DNA of 64,000 nt from the NCBI RefSeq assembly GCF_036321535.1, contig NC_087436.1, positions 57,538,001 through 57,602,000 of the forward strand. Reading direction: 5' to 3'. Numbering within the stretch: the first letter of the stretch is position 1; each line of letters opens with the position of its first letter. This document shows, piece by piece, positions 1-12,045 of the stretch. Position numbers and translations under genes: made by a program. Source of the stretch: Camelus dromedarius. Lineage: Eukaryota. The notes beneath the pieces were generated by a model, which was given only the letters and a program-made list of their open reading frames with translations, ran no database searches and was not told the origin of the DNA.

Positions 1-569
1 GCAATTTATTTCTTGTCAAATACTAAACTTAAACATTGAACCAAAATGCCAAATATCAAACCAAGCAAATTAAATACTGAGATACATTTTAAAACGAAAA
101 ATCAGATCAATAATCTATTACATTGTATGTAGAACACCTTCATAAATGTCCATGTGATATATTAAATCTGATCTATCCAAAACTAATATCCAAGAATAAG
201 ACTGATCACTTTTTCACCAGTAATATCTAACTGATATGTTAAATTGCATACTTATTAAACAAAACACTGAGTACCACTTAATACTATAAGACAAACCGAA
301 ACATTGCAGTGCAATTTTTACTTGCATCTGGAAAAAGGTCTTAAAAGGAGAACTGGGGCTTTCTTAAGTAGCCTTTATTTTTTAGGAGATACAAACTGGG
401 GTAACAGGAGTATTATTAGTGGTATGCTAAGAAGAATTTATTATACATTAAACACGTTCTATTACAATATTTCTGTAAACTATTAAGACTTACTAAGGCC
501 CATTTACCTCTGAATGGCTCAATACTGGACTACATAATGAATACCAGGCAAGAGGTAATTAGAGGGAAG

Positions 570-790
570 GGCACAGGTTTTGGCGATAGACTTCATTTCA
601 AAGAGGCAGACCTCTTTCTGCCATGCAGCTGTTGAATGAAAATAGTTTATTTAACTACCTGAGACTTACGTTTTCTCATTTGTAAAATGAATGTCGTAAC
701 ACACCTCCTGAAGAGTTGTGATAGAGATAAGACAAGGAAAACAAATATCTAGCACAGTGCCTGCCACATAACAGGTGATCCATGAAGCGG
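570..790 (+). mobile_element. MIR SINE
   Basis: MIR core 'ttttctcatttgtaaaatg' and tail 'agcacagtgcctgccacata'. Confidence 0.75.
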
Positions 791-895
791 CAGGTAGAGT
801 GTTTGTCATTAACATCACTATCTGGCTAGCAAATATTGACCTGCATAATTTATTTGCATTCTGTATGAGTTTATCAAGGAAATGTGACATAATAA

Positions 896-1459
896 TGTAG
901 GGGAGCAAAACTTGCCACCTCAAAATGTATCTTTGGCATGTGGATTATATTAAGCTAAAAACAATCAAGACCCAAAAGACTCCGGAAGAAACTTTGACTT
1001 TCCCTTTAACTGACTGAAAATGTAGATAAAGGACTTGTTCCAGAAAGGGAGCTATCAGCACAGATAACTACAGTATGAACTAGGTGTGTAGACAGGTCAG
1101 AGCCTCGCAGAGTCTGTTTGTTAAAATTCTTCTCTGTGTCCCATAGTCTCTGCAGGGCCCAGCAAACGTTTGTTAACCACGTGTTTGCTTTTCCATCTCC
1201 ATGTGAATTGCCTTCCTCCCCTTAGTGGTCCCAAACCATTACCCTCAAGATCCTCTATTGTCTTTAGCTGAAGATGGTATTTAAGATGAGGGTTTTAGCC
1301 ATTTTGGTGAGTTACTCCGTTTTCCTGAGCCTCTCCCATGTATATATGTTATTAAACTTTCGTTTGATTTTCTCCCATTAATCCATCTCATGACAATTTA
1401 ATTTTTAGACCAGCCAGAATAACCTAGAAGGAGAGAGGAAAATTTCTTCTTCCCTGAAA
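896..1459 (+). mobile_element. ERV1 solo LTR, MER34/MER39-like
   Basis: Starts TGTAGGGGAGCAAAACTTGCCACCTCAAAATG, has ATTAAA poly(A) signal near 1351, near-perfect 4-bp TSD ATAA/GTAA, and aligns by eye end to end with 8286-8873. Confidence 0.85.
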
Positions 1460-1639
1460 GTAACAAGGGAATCTCAGAATACTAGAAAACTATTTTATGG
1501 TGATATTAATTACCAGGAAGAATGGAGGAAAGTTAGTTGTGCAGATTCCTAGGGCAGTGAAAGGCTTACGACTAAAAAGAAATCAGGAGCAAGTCACTTT
1601 AATAACTCTCAAGAGAATGACAATGGTAGAGTGATAATA

Positions 1640-1880
1640 ACCAAACATTTTTATTGAGTTCTTAGTGCATCCCAGACACTGGGACACTGTGCAAAATGCT
1701 TACTGTGCATTATCTCATAAAGTTTACAATAACTCTGAGGATGGACTGTTCTCATCCTCATTTTACAAACATTAGAAGTGACTGAAGATTAGAGAGTATG
1801 AACATTCTGCCGAGACTTACGCAGCAAGTAAACAGCAGTGCTGCTAGGCTCTGCCCCGAAGTCACAGACACCAGAACTCG
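1640..1880 (-). mobile_element. MIR SINE
   Basis: Reverse MIR motifs 'aacatttttattgag' and 'ctcatcctcattttacaaa'. Confidence 0.75.
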
Positions 1881-2249
1881 ATCCAGTTGTAGAAAAATTA
1901 TTTTGAAAAGGAAGGCAAAAAAAAAAAAAAAAGATATATATCCGTGAAAAGTTAAATATTTCATTAAATGTCAAGATATCTACAACAGGGTATCAGAAGA
2001 GAGACCACAATTAACTGCTACAAAATCGCGCATACCATTGACAGGGGTTGGGGAGGTGGATCACTTTAGACTGGGTGCTCCGACAAGGCTCCTGAAGAGA
2101 TTAAAGTCGTGAGATCCTGAAGGATGGGGGCAGGAAAGAGGTCAGCACTGCGCCAGCGAGAAGAGTAGCATGTCTGAAAAAGCACGGGAGGGAAGGGCTC
2201 TGAACTTCGCTGAAGTCTAGGCTGAAGGGCTGGGACTCCCGTTTGGGGA

Positions 2250-2900
2250 TGATGTGTCTGATGAGACGCTGAAGAGTTCATGCCCCACCCAAGTCGGGAA
2301 GAAGAAACCCGGGTCCAGCAGAGTGTGGTCGAGCCGGAAAGCAGGCCTGCGGTTGGCGAATTTCCTTGTTTGTTCAGAGAAGCCACAAATCTACGCTTTT
2401 GAGGGGGAGTATCTTGCGTTTTAGTTACCGTCAGTAAATAATGTAAATACTTCCAACCCCTTTTCGGGCCTCGGGCTTCACGGCAGCAGCCCCGGGAGAC
2501 GGCGCGGGCGGGACCCGGGCCGGGCCGCCGCAGGCAGCTTGAGCGCGACTGCGCAGCCCTTGGGGGAAGCTGCTCATTGACTTCAGCCGAGTGGTGGGTG
2601 GGTCTGTATCAGAATGAGAGCATTAGCTGGTGGCAACGGGAAAAAATGGACAGCTCCTCTGGGATTTGATGCATTTTCTGTTTGTCTTCTCCCTTGAAGA
2701 GCTATTGTATAGCACAGGGTGTGAAGAATAGGGCCTGTCATTGTGAGAGGGACGCCGAGAGGGGCCCTGTCCGTCAGCTCTGGGACAGGTTATCCCAGCC
2801 CCGCAGCCCGATCTTCCGTAGCCCGGTGTGATCTCAATGAGAATTAAAGGAGAGGCAAACGTTTAAAACATACGGAACACGGATAAAGAACTTGTCATTC
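2250..2900 (-). promoter_or_regulatory. CpG island / probable promoter
   Basis: Only CpG-dense, GC-rich stretch in the window (core 2461-2560). Contains GC box GGGCGG 2506-2511, E2F-type GGCGGGA 2507-2513 and NRF1-like GCGCGACTGCGCA 2543-2555. Confidence 0.8.
2429..2550 (-). other. Putative non-coding first exon of a minus-strand gene continuing past the left edge
   Basis: On the minus strand the CpG core is followed by a donor-like CTGACG|GTAACT (intron starts at 2428). No ATG-led ORF; the TSS position is a guess. Confidence 0.45.
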
Positions 2901-3639
2901 CAGAGTTGAAAGAATTCTTAATCTGCTCCTGTGGGTTTTGTTTTATTTTGTAAACGTTCTTAGTTTATTCATGGTGTCCCTCTTCCTAACCTCCTTCTCC
3001 TCCGTCTTCTTTTTTTATCTTCATTAGACAGTAATTTCTATTCAGAGAAATCGGCTTTTAACATTTACCATGTAACGTATCAGTATAATTCTATTGTAAG
3101 GTCCTTGATCATTCTTTTTTATTTGTTCAGAGTTTTCATGAAGGTAATTTCACCCAAATATTTTCACCTCCAAATTGATTGACTATAGAATTGTTTTCCA
3201 GACTAAACAGAAAGTAACAGCAAAGGCTAAATTGGAATTATCATCTCCAGATTTTGGATCTTCTCTGAGTTTATCTAGTCTCACACAAAGAATGATTATT
3301 TAATAAACATTTTTAGTGGTATGCAAAAGGTTCCTTAATACCATTTCTCTCAAAGACTCTATCTTCACCTCACTGCAATTTCTTTTTCCTTTGGAAACTT
3401 CACTTTGAGTAATTGAATGCTTCTATTTGTAATTTCCTCATTATTTTAGACATGAAATTTTAGCACAGCAGGTAGGAAAAAATGGTTATAGTGTAACATA
3501 AGCTCTCTTTACCAATGTAATAAAATATCTAAACAAAAAGTTCATCTTAGAACACAGTATAAAAAGACAAAGAGTTGAAAACTATGAGAGAAAATATAAG
3601 AAAAATAGACATAATAAAGATTCTAAAATCCCAGTAATA

Positions 3640-4015
3640 CTAACACAAGGTCATGGATACATTTCAAGGAGTCTTTGGATAGGAGAAGAAATTACATCTT
3701 TTTCAATAAACTCTAACTGAACTGAATAATTCCTTCAATGATGAATGTAGGCAAAAATCACAGCAGTACTGGTAGCACTTGTGAATTTATTACCAACAGG
3801 AAGTCCAGATATTTTCACATGACAGCATACATGGCTGCAGGCATCTCAAAATGTAATTTATGCTCATCACTACTGCAGAATTTAGATACCTGTTAAATGT
3901 GTTACTAGATCTTTTTATTGATGCATTCATAAAGAATTATGCTACTCTATTATACTTTTTAGTATTCTGATACCTAAATTGTAATATAATTTATTTTCTT
4001 TGTAACCCTATGAAT
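3640..4015. mobile_element. hAT-Charlie DNA transposon fossil (Charlie4a-like), flanked by old L1 ORF1-like remnants
   Basis: Motifs 'aattacatctttt...ctctaactgaa...ccttcaatgatgaatgtaggcaa...cagatattttcacat' resemble the recalled Charlie4a consensus. Confidence 0.55.
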
Positions 4016-4569
4016 GTAATTTCCCACAATTTGAAGTGTAGTTCCATAAACTTTACCAGATTGCAGAAAGATTGCTCTACAGGAGCTCCAGAGGTGGAGA
4101 GGAGAGTCAATACAGAGAAATGATAGAAGGAAATTTCCCAGAGCAGAGGAGATCCAAGTCTTTAGATTAAATGAATTCACAGTCAAGACTAAAGTGTGAA
4201 AGCGATTAGCTCTCTTGGGAGGAGATTGGGGCTGTGTAGAGGAGGGATAATTTACTCTAATTACTTCTTTATTTGAAGCGAATTTTTTAAATAACCTGAA
4301 TGTATTCTTGAATAATTTTTTAAAAGATGCATATGTATTAAGTTTAATGAGACAGACAGAGAGAGAGAGGAAGAGAGAGAGAAGAAAGAAGAAGACATAG
4401 TAAATACCTTGGTATTGCTGAAGCAACTGCCCAAGCTAGGGAGGCTCAGCAGTGGAGTGTCACAGATCATTATGAGCTCATGTGTTGATTTCACAAATTG
4501 TAATTTAGCAACAGGTCCAGTGGAATAGAAGGGTTTGCTGCAAGGCCATCCTAGGATTGAGCCCCAGCT

Positions 4570-4765
4570 AAGCACCAACTAGGTTCAGTAGTCTTGGGCA
4601 AGTTACTTAAGCCTTCTTAACCTCAGTTTCTCCATTTATAAAATTAGAGTGATGTCTATCTTACAAGATTGGTGACAGATGAGAACTAATGCAAAGATAT
4701 GCAGGTCAAGTGTCTAGAATAGTAACTGACATGTAATAAACATAAAAATGGCAATCATCATCATT
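4570..4765 (+). mobile_element. MIR SINE
   Basis: 'cttgggcaagttacttaagccttcttaacctcagtttctccatttataaaat' MIR core. Confidence 0.8.
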
Positions 4766-4949
4766 ATTAATCCTATGTTGAAAGCTAGAGGAAGCCACTG
4801 AAGGATTCAGCTTTATGAAACTACTTAATGACGAAAGGATGATGATTTGAATGGGATCCAGAGTCCAGGTATAGAGATAATGTAAATAAACAGAAGACAC
4901 AGAGATAAGGGAAAAGTATGAGAAATGTTTGGAAGACAACATTTTCTGT

Positions 4950-5290
4950 CATCCATATTTGGCAACCAGTGAAGTCCTGAGTCTGAAGGAACCATCTGGG
5001 AGGACCCTGAGTAGCGGGTGGCTGAATGGGAGATTGGTACTGCCATTTACAGGGGGGCCAGGTTTGCGATGAAGGGTGATGTCACTAGGTTTGGATATGT
5101 GGAAACTAAGGTGACTGGGGTCACTCAAGTGATCTGAGTGGACAAGTACAATAGGTGATTGGATATATGCTCAGAAGCAGAATCTCTGGAGTTGTAGGTT
5201 TGGCTACCATCATTTTAACAGATGTTAATAAACTCATGGTTTGATGTAAAATCACCAAGGGAGAGAGTGAAAGTGAGAGTAGCGAGCTCG
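4950..5290 (-). mobile_element. L2 LINE fragment
   Basis: Purine-rich reverse L2 motifs such as 'ggttttggatatgtgga' and 'aaatcaccaagggagagagtg'. Confidence 0.6.
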
Positions 5291-6229
5291 GGATACTTGG
5301 ACAATTGAAGAGAACCTTTTATTGATTCTCACTAAGGGTGGAGAGTCCATGCATATCCCTTGCAATAATTTTATTGTATTTTCTTACAAAATTAGGAAAA
5401 ATTCAACAGTAGAAAATAGCTCAGTTCATAGAAGAAAAGAAGCATTCTACACATAAAAGAGCAAAATTTTAAATCACTAGGGAAAAATATGAAAGAACAG
5501 GAAAAGAAGAAAAAGAGTAAAAAGCTCTCTTTATATTAAATGCTTACCAAAAGGTAGAACTGTCAGGTATTTACTGATTCTGTCAACACCCCAAAACCTT
5601 CCTATTTCAGGACCATTATTCAAATGTTCACTTTATTTTTCCCTAGTTTTGTTTATCAACAAACGTGGTAACAATATTATGTTACTTTCACTTGTTTGTT
5701 TGTTTACTTGCATAGTTATAAGGTCAAGAGACTTTAGAGGCCCAGCACCTCCTATTCACAATATTTTAGGAAAATATGTGTTTCCCGAGATAAGTTCACT
5801 TAGTAAGTCAAGGAATCTCTGGACATGCTTTTATTCACAAACAGTTATGTTTTTCTATAATTGTTTTTGTTTCAGTTGTGACCTAAGACCAGAATCCTAA
5901 AACCCTTTCCAATTTAATAGAAGATTTTTTTTCAGTGTCTCTATAAATGTTTCAGCATTTTCCATCTGCTTCCTGTGGTTCCCAAATCTAACAGCACAGT
6001 TTACAGATGCCTTGTTTGTTGGTTGATTTGTTTTCCCTTTTTATTGCTACTCATCAAACTTTTGAAGTTCTAGTTGTTGGTGGTGTTGTTATTTGTGAGG
6101 TTTATATACAAAAATCTTGAATGTGATGCATTAATTGTTAATTGCTAGTGCAGAAACCTGGAGGTGAATTCAAAAGTGAGAATTGAAGAATATATGTGTT
6201 TGGGAAATAGACTGAGGCAGAATGGACCT

Positions 6230-6470
6230 TGTGATGTAGACTCTGGAAAATTGGAAGAGGGGGGCTATTTTGTTGTTTGTATCTGACTCTGACCTCTGCC
6301 ACTTTCTATGTATGTAATGCTGGCCAAATTACTGAGGCTTTTTGAACCTCATTTTTTTCATGTGTAAGATAAAACAATAAAACCATCTGATTGTTGTGGG
6401 ACTGAATGTAAAGTATCAAGGACTATGCTTAGTACATAGTAAAAAAAATCCAATGAGAATCATTACTATC
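6230..6470 (+). mobile_element. MIR SINE
   Basis: 'ctctgccactttctatgtatgtaatgctggccaaattact...gaacctcatttttttcatgtgtaagat'. Confidence 0.7.
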
Positions 6471-6669
6471 TTTCTTCCTCTTACTATTACTTAGCATTGA
6501 GAGAATTCCTAAGAGCAGGGGCGATGTTAATAATAACAGGAAAAAGGTCCACAGCACTGGGGAAGAAGAGGGCTAATTATTTATTTATTTTTTTCAAGTA
6601 AAGACGAGTAGGAAAAAATTAGCTAGCAAGTTAATTATAAATAATAATTCTTTAATACAGCTTTGTGTC

Positions 6670-7095
6670 TGTAGTACGTTGAATAGTGTTTCCCCCAAAT
6701 TCATGTCTACGTGGAACCTCAGAACATGACCTTATGTGGAAACTGGGTCTTTGCAGATATAATGAAAGTAGGGATAGGGATGAGGATTAGGACAGGTCCT
6801 AAACCCAGTGACAATGTCCCTGTAAGAGGCAAAATGGACGCACAGAGACATAAAGAAGGTGATGTAAAGATGCAAGCAGAGACTGGAGCTACATTGCCAG
6901 AAGCCAAGGAACGCCTGGAGCCCCCAGAAGCTGGAAGAGCTAGGAAGGTTTCTTTCCTAGAGACTCCAGAGAGTGTATCCCTCACAACACAGTAATTTCA
7001 AACTTCCGCCCTCCAGAACTATGAGTGAATAAATTCTTACTGTTTTAAGTGAGCAAGTTGGTGGTAATTTGTTACAGCAGTTCGAGAAAACAGAT
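6670..7095 (+). mobile_element. MaLR solo LTR (MLT1B/MLT1C-like)
   Basis: 'tgtagtacgttgaatagtgtttcccccaaattcatgtc...gaagccaaggaacgcctggagcccccagaagctggaagag...aataaatt...gtaatttgttacagcag'. Confidence 0.85.
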
Positions 7096-7097
7096 AG

Positions 7098-7691
7098 ATG
7101 TGATTAAATTGTGGATTTTGAGATGGGGTGATTATCTGGGATTATCCAGTTAGGTCTAATGTTTTTTAAATTAAACATTAAAATTAAAGTTAATTTAAAA
7201 TTAAAATAAAAATTAAAACAGTTTCGGTCTAATGTCTTTAAAAAGACAAAGGTCTTACAGGGGGAGGGTGTAGCTCAGTGGTAGAGCATGTGCTTAGCAT
7301 ACATGCGGCCCTGGGTTCAATCTGTAGTACCTCCATTAAAAAAAATAAAAGAAAAGTAAACCTAATTACCTCTCCCCCCCAAAAAAGACAAAGGTCTTTA
7401 TAAAGAGGATGTTAGGAGGATTAGCGACAAAGAGAGACTGGAAGATGTTATGCTGATAGAGGAACAGGCCACGAACCAAAGAACGTGAGTGAATTCTAAA
7501 AGCTGGGAAAGATGAGGGAATGGGCTGTACACTGGAACTTCCAGAAAGAACACAGCACTGGTGCCATCTTAATGTTAATTTGTAAGACCCATTTCGAGCT
7601 TTTGCTCTGCAGAACTGTAAGATAATAAATCTGTCTTGTTTTAAGCCACTGTAGGTGATGATTTGTTACAGCAGCAATAGGAAATCAACAC
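7098..7691 (+). mobile_element. MaLR LTR (MLT1D-like), 5'-truncated and interrupted by a SINE
   Basis: 'gatgtgattaaa...gagatggggtgattatctgggattatccag' and 3' end 'cagaactgtaagataataaat...ttgttacagcagcaataggaaa'. Confidence 0.8.
7257..7381 (+). mobile_element. Camelid tRNA-Ala-derived SINE (Vic-1 type)
   Basis: tRNA-Ala(AGC)-like head with A/B boxes and tail 'aaacctaattacctctccccc'; TSD AAAAAGACAAAGGTCTT at 7240-7256 and 7382-7398. Confidence 0.9.
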
Positions 7692-8285
7692 GTGCAGCAA
7701 AAAAATATGCAGAGAATTTATATAAGACTTTATGAAAAATTTCAACCACAAAATCTTATTTTTTGAGAGTTGACATTTCTATATTCATCAATTATGAGCA
7801 AGAGAATAAGGTACTATCCGAAAGCAGTAATTTCTGAGAAAATCGCAAACACTGCTTAGTCTAAAAACTGAGTATCACGTCACAGAAAATTAGTCGCCCC
7901 TGCAGGATGGATAGAAAAAAAAATTAGTTCAGGGAAGAGAGCCCTGGATTAATCTGCAGACCTGACTATCATGAGCAGGTCATAGGCTTAGGACAAGTCA
8001 CTTCAGTTCCTTAGATTTCAGTTTTCTCACCTATATATGAGTAGGTTGGACATTTGGTCCTTTCCAATTTCAACAATATGTATGACAAATAAAAATAGAG
8101 TTGTGGGTTGGTTCTCTTATTCTGTAACACTTGCCTTTCATAATATTACCAATTTAGAATATTTTCTATTTCCAGATTTACTAAGACATATCTATGGATA
8201 TAAAAGCTGTATAGTTTAGGGATTAACTGGTCAGCTGGAACACAGAGGCCCTGGATATACTTTGAGTTCTGGTTTATTATATCTC

Positions 8286-8873
8286 TATAGGGAAACAAAA
8301 TTTGCTACCCTCAAATGTCTTTCTAGCATGCAGATTATTTTGAGCTGAAAACAAGCAAGGCCCAAAAGATTTGGGAATATCTTTGACTTTTCTCCTAACT
8401 GCCTAAAAGAACGAAGAAGTTAGAGGATCCGGCCCAGGAAGGAGGATATCACAGATAACTACAGTGTGAACTAGGTGTGTAGACAAGGAGGGATCCAGGA
8501 AAGTCTGTTTGTTAAAATTTCTCTGTATCCTATGTCTCTACATGGTCCAGCAAACATTTGTTTACCAAACATTTGCTTTTCCAACTCCATGTGAATTGCC
8601 TTTCTCCCCTCTGAAGTCCCAAACCACTACCCCAACATCCTTTTTTGTCTTTGGCCGAAGGTGGTATTTAACGTGAGGATTTCAGCCCTTTTGGTGAGTT
8701 ACCAAGTCAGTTTTCCTTGGTCCCTCCCATGTATATATGTTATTCTCCCATGTATATGTGTGATTAAACTTCTGTGTGATTCTTTTCCCTGTTAATCTGG
8801 CTCATGTCAATTCAATTTTTAGACCAGCCAGAAGAACCTAGAAGGGTAGAGGAAAATTTCTTCTCCTCCGATT
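8286..8873 (+). mobile_element. ERV1 solo LTR, MER34/MER39-like (same family as 896-1459)
   Basis: Collinear similarity to 896-1459, plus an internal tandem duplication 'ctcccatgtatat...att' at ~8725-8766. Confidence 0.85.
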
Positions 8874-10223
8874 CACATAATTCACTTTCTACTTTTCTCT
8901 TTGCTGGCTTTTTTATAATTAACCATTCAAGAAGTGATTTGTTAAAATGTGCCAAGGAAACTGGTGATGTTCATTGAAAAATGGCATTATTACCCATGAA
9001 AGTAAAAACCACCTACAGCATTCATGCCTCGTGCAACGAAACAGTAAATTGTTTCACATCTATCTTGTAAGTTTTACTCCACACTTCAGTCAATTAAAGA
9101 CATGTGGCTGAAGTACAAGCCTAAAAAAATAGTTTGTTTTTTTTCCCCAAAAAGTTCAGAACTAAACAATTATTGTGCTGTCAGTAGATGCTATGATTTC
9201 GTCATATTAGTATCTTTCTCCCTCGGCTTTTGATGGTGGAAAACTTGGGAAGAGAATAAATTCGTAGTCCATTGGTACAGTTTAACGAAAGCTTTCCACC
9301 ACCTTCTGCATGTCCAGTCGCCTTGGTGATAAGGCTGTATTATGTTTCATTAAATGTTCTAGAGACAGTGTCGAACAAATGCTGGGAGCACTTCACTAAG
9401 AAATCTCACCATCACATACACCAGAAAAAAATGTTTTGATCAATATTTACTGAAGTCACTGGCACTCATTCCTTTTATATTCACTGAGCATCTCAGTTCT
9501 GTTATGTATCTTCTAAAAAAACAAAATAAAAAGGAATAAATACAGCTGAAATCTCAGAGATGTAAGTTCAGCCCATTCTCCAAAAAAATTTTTTTGGAAA
9601 GCCTTACTTAATACCCAAGATCTTGGATCAGAGAGTTGTAGAGGATCCATATGATTCATGCACACCTTTTCAGCTTCCCAGTCTTATTTGTCTTATGATC
9701 AATCAGTCTTTGGTCTGATACAGAAGTGACAGGGCTAAAGAAAATGAAGGCAGAATGGAGTTAGGATTCCTGAGAGGAATGTTAAGCAAATCTTATAAGA
9801 TGCTGACTTTCTTTTCGACCAGGCAGAGTCCAGGGGAGACTGGTGTGCCAAGGTCGAGTAAATGCATCAAAAGCAGAAGCTGACTCACTGGGAAGCTAAC
9901 AGAACTCAGGCGTCAGGATCCCTCACTTGTTTGGCAAAATTAAAATATTTTAATTGCAGTCAGTTAAGACCCCTGTTGCCTTCTATACCGACCTCCCCCT
10001 CTATCACGCTTCCACTTGGACGAGGGACAATAAAGCAGCTTTAGCTATTTTTTGCATCAGGCTAAGGGAAAGTTGATTTGGGTATATTTTAAAGAAATTT
10101 AGAAAGAAAAATTTAGGTGATTTGCACTCATTTCCACAGATGGTTAAGTTACAGCCCTGAGGCCTGGAATCCTCTGACCACTTATCAGAGTGATGTATGA
10201 AACTCCTGATAAAAGGTGCAGGT

Positions 10224-10231
10224 CATTTATC

Positions 10232-10312
<81 letters not shown>

Positions 10313-10613
10313 ATATATATATATTAGTATTTGCAAATCTTGAACTCCAATTTATCCCTTCTCCCCTCACTTCCCCTCCTGGTAATCATAAGTTTGTTTT
10401 CTATGTTTGTGAGTAATATATATAAAAAATGAACAAAAAGTTCATACTGTATAGCACAGGGAACTATATTCACTATCTTGTAGTAAATTATGATGAAGAA
10501 GAATATGAAAATGAATATATGTATGTTCACGTATGACTGAAGCCTTATGCTGTACACCAGAAACTGACACAACATTGTAAACTCATTATACTTCAATAAA
10601 ATATGTATATTAA
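10224..10613 (+). mobile_element. Young L1 3' end with 5' inversion
   Basis: 10224-~10414 is reverse-complement L1 3'UTR; ~10415-10613 is the forward L1 terminus. TSD AAAAGGTGCAGGT (10211-10223) / AAAAAGTGCAGGT (10614-10626). Confidence 0.9.
10237..10306. repeat. (TA)n microsatellite
   Basis: Uninterrupted TA run of about 70 bp. Confidence 0.98.
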
Positions 10614-10719
10614 AAAAAGTGCAGGTTGGATGCTGTATTGTGATGTGATGGTGTCCTGGGCTTGACACTGTAACAACATGGGTGGTCAAGCAGAAAAACA
10701 GTTCGAAATATTCAGAGCC

Positions 10720-11262
10720 ACAAGCTAGTCTGTAAAATGTTCTTCCAAATCTGCCAGTTCATATATGAAATAAACTTGATTGAAGATTTCCCCAGTTTTG
10801 CAACCATTCTAAAAATTGACATGTCATAACCAGTAATGAGCTGTGAAGCTGGAAGAAGCTATTTTAGACTGTCAATAATAAAAAAAAATTGACTTTGATC
10901 ACCATGCTAAGTGGAAAGACTGAGTTATCTTTCTAATCTCTCTACAGAAAATTATCTTACAAAGTCCTTCATAAAGAGGAAATCAATACCCACATAAGAA
11001 ATTAAAGGGAAAAAGCATTACAGAAGTGTTTCTGACAGTTAATTAAAACAATGTACGGTAACTTTGCTGGATTTTGTGATATCTATGGTGTGTATCAGCT
11101 CTTCTACTTTTGTAACATGAAAAAAATGTGATCCCTTTTTTATTCTAATATTCATTTTTGTATCTAATTCTGAATTTGTAATTGGTATTTTTTTTTTAAA
11201 GTAGTATTCCCTCCTCTAATTGTATAAGCTTTAGGCTGCACAAAACCTGGAAACGTTCCTAT
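10720..11262 (+). mobile_element. hAT-Tip100 (Zaphod-like) transposon 3' fragment with decayed transposase C-terminus
   Basis: From 10785 translates DFPSFATILKIDMS*PVMSCEAGRSYFRLSIIK, matching the hAT dimerisation motif (LPVxSxxAERSFS). Terminus 'ttgtataagctttaggctgcacaaaacctgga'. Confidence 0.7.
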
Positions 11263-11924
11263 GATAAGACAATCAAAACTTGTGCAGTAGGTTACAAATG
11301 ATCATAACCGTCTCTCAAATACTTATTTCTCTTCCCCAGGAAAGCCTTTTAAAAGAATATCCATCTGATGAATTGGGAGCGCTCCACGGCAGATGTGAGA
11401 GCAGTCTTGTGATGGCAAGACAAACCTTCTTCTGAATGTTGATGGTGGCATCGGATAGCACTGTTAGTGTTGATGTGGATGAAACCACAGAAGAGTAGAT
11501 AAAACATCATTAGGTGATGCAGCAGACCTCTCTTTGCAAGGAAAGAAGCTCACAAAGAGCAGCCAGCCCTGAATCAAACCTGCTGCACAGACATCAAGAG
11601 AGCAATTACTGGAAAACTGCCATCTCCTTGCAAATCTTAATCTGCCTCTGTAAGTTTCTTGGCATAAACACTCCCTTCTAAATAATTGTGCCCATTTTAT
11701 TGTTATTACCAATCACATTTTCTTCTTAAAATCAAAACAGAAAACAATATGATCTGAGTTAAGGAGATATTAAATGCAAATTTGCTCCCTAACAATATTA
11801 GGATGTTTCCAGAAAGCTGACAAAACTGCTTGCACACTTTAGAAAGCACAGAAGCTTTCATGGCCTGTATCATTTGATTTCATGAAGGGACCACAGAAGA
11901 CTTGAAGTTAACATTCAGTTCATG

Positions 11925-12045
11925 CTCACGTTCCATAAGGGTAGGGACTCTGGTTTCTTTCTTACTATTTTCTTCCCAGTAATTCATGTGGCAGCTGGCA
12001 CATAGCAGAAGCCACAGGAGTATTTGTTGAGTGAATAAATATGCA
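11925..12045 (+). mobile_element. L2 3' end
   Basis: 'ctggcacatagcagaagcc...gtatttgttgagtgaataaat'. Confidence 0.7.

Noticed and set aside
2066..2386. 106-aa minus-strand ORF beside the CpG island
   Set aside because: Non-ATG start, no recognisable similarity, and it lies downstream of the candidate donor (intronic). Long open frames are expected in GC-richer DNA.
2400..2600. Assigning a gene symbol to the promoter
   Set aside because: No coding exon in the window, so any name would be a guess.
7261..7336. tRNA-Ala gene (also 40044-40116 and 51141-51213)
   Set aside because: Each has a SINE-specific tail, an A-rich end and a TSD, so these are SINE copies.
896..8873. Provirus bounded by the two same-strand LTRs
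   Set aside because: The interior holds a CpG island, MIR/L2 and other older elements, with no PBS or gag/pol, and the first LTR has its own near-perfect TSD.
11340..11395. Plus-strand exon (ESLLKEYPSDELGALHGR)
   Set aside because: Good acceptor but weak donor (GAT|gtgaga), and no recognisable protein or compatible neighbouring exon.
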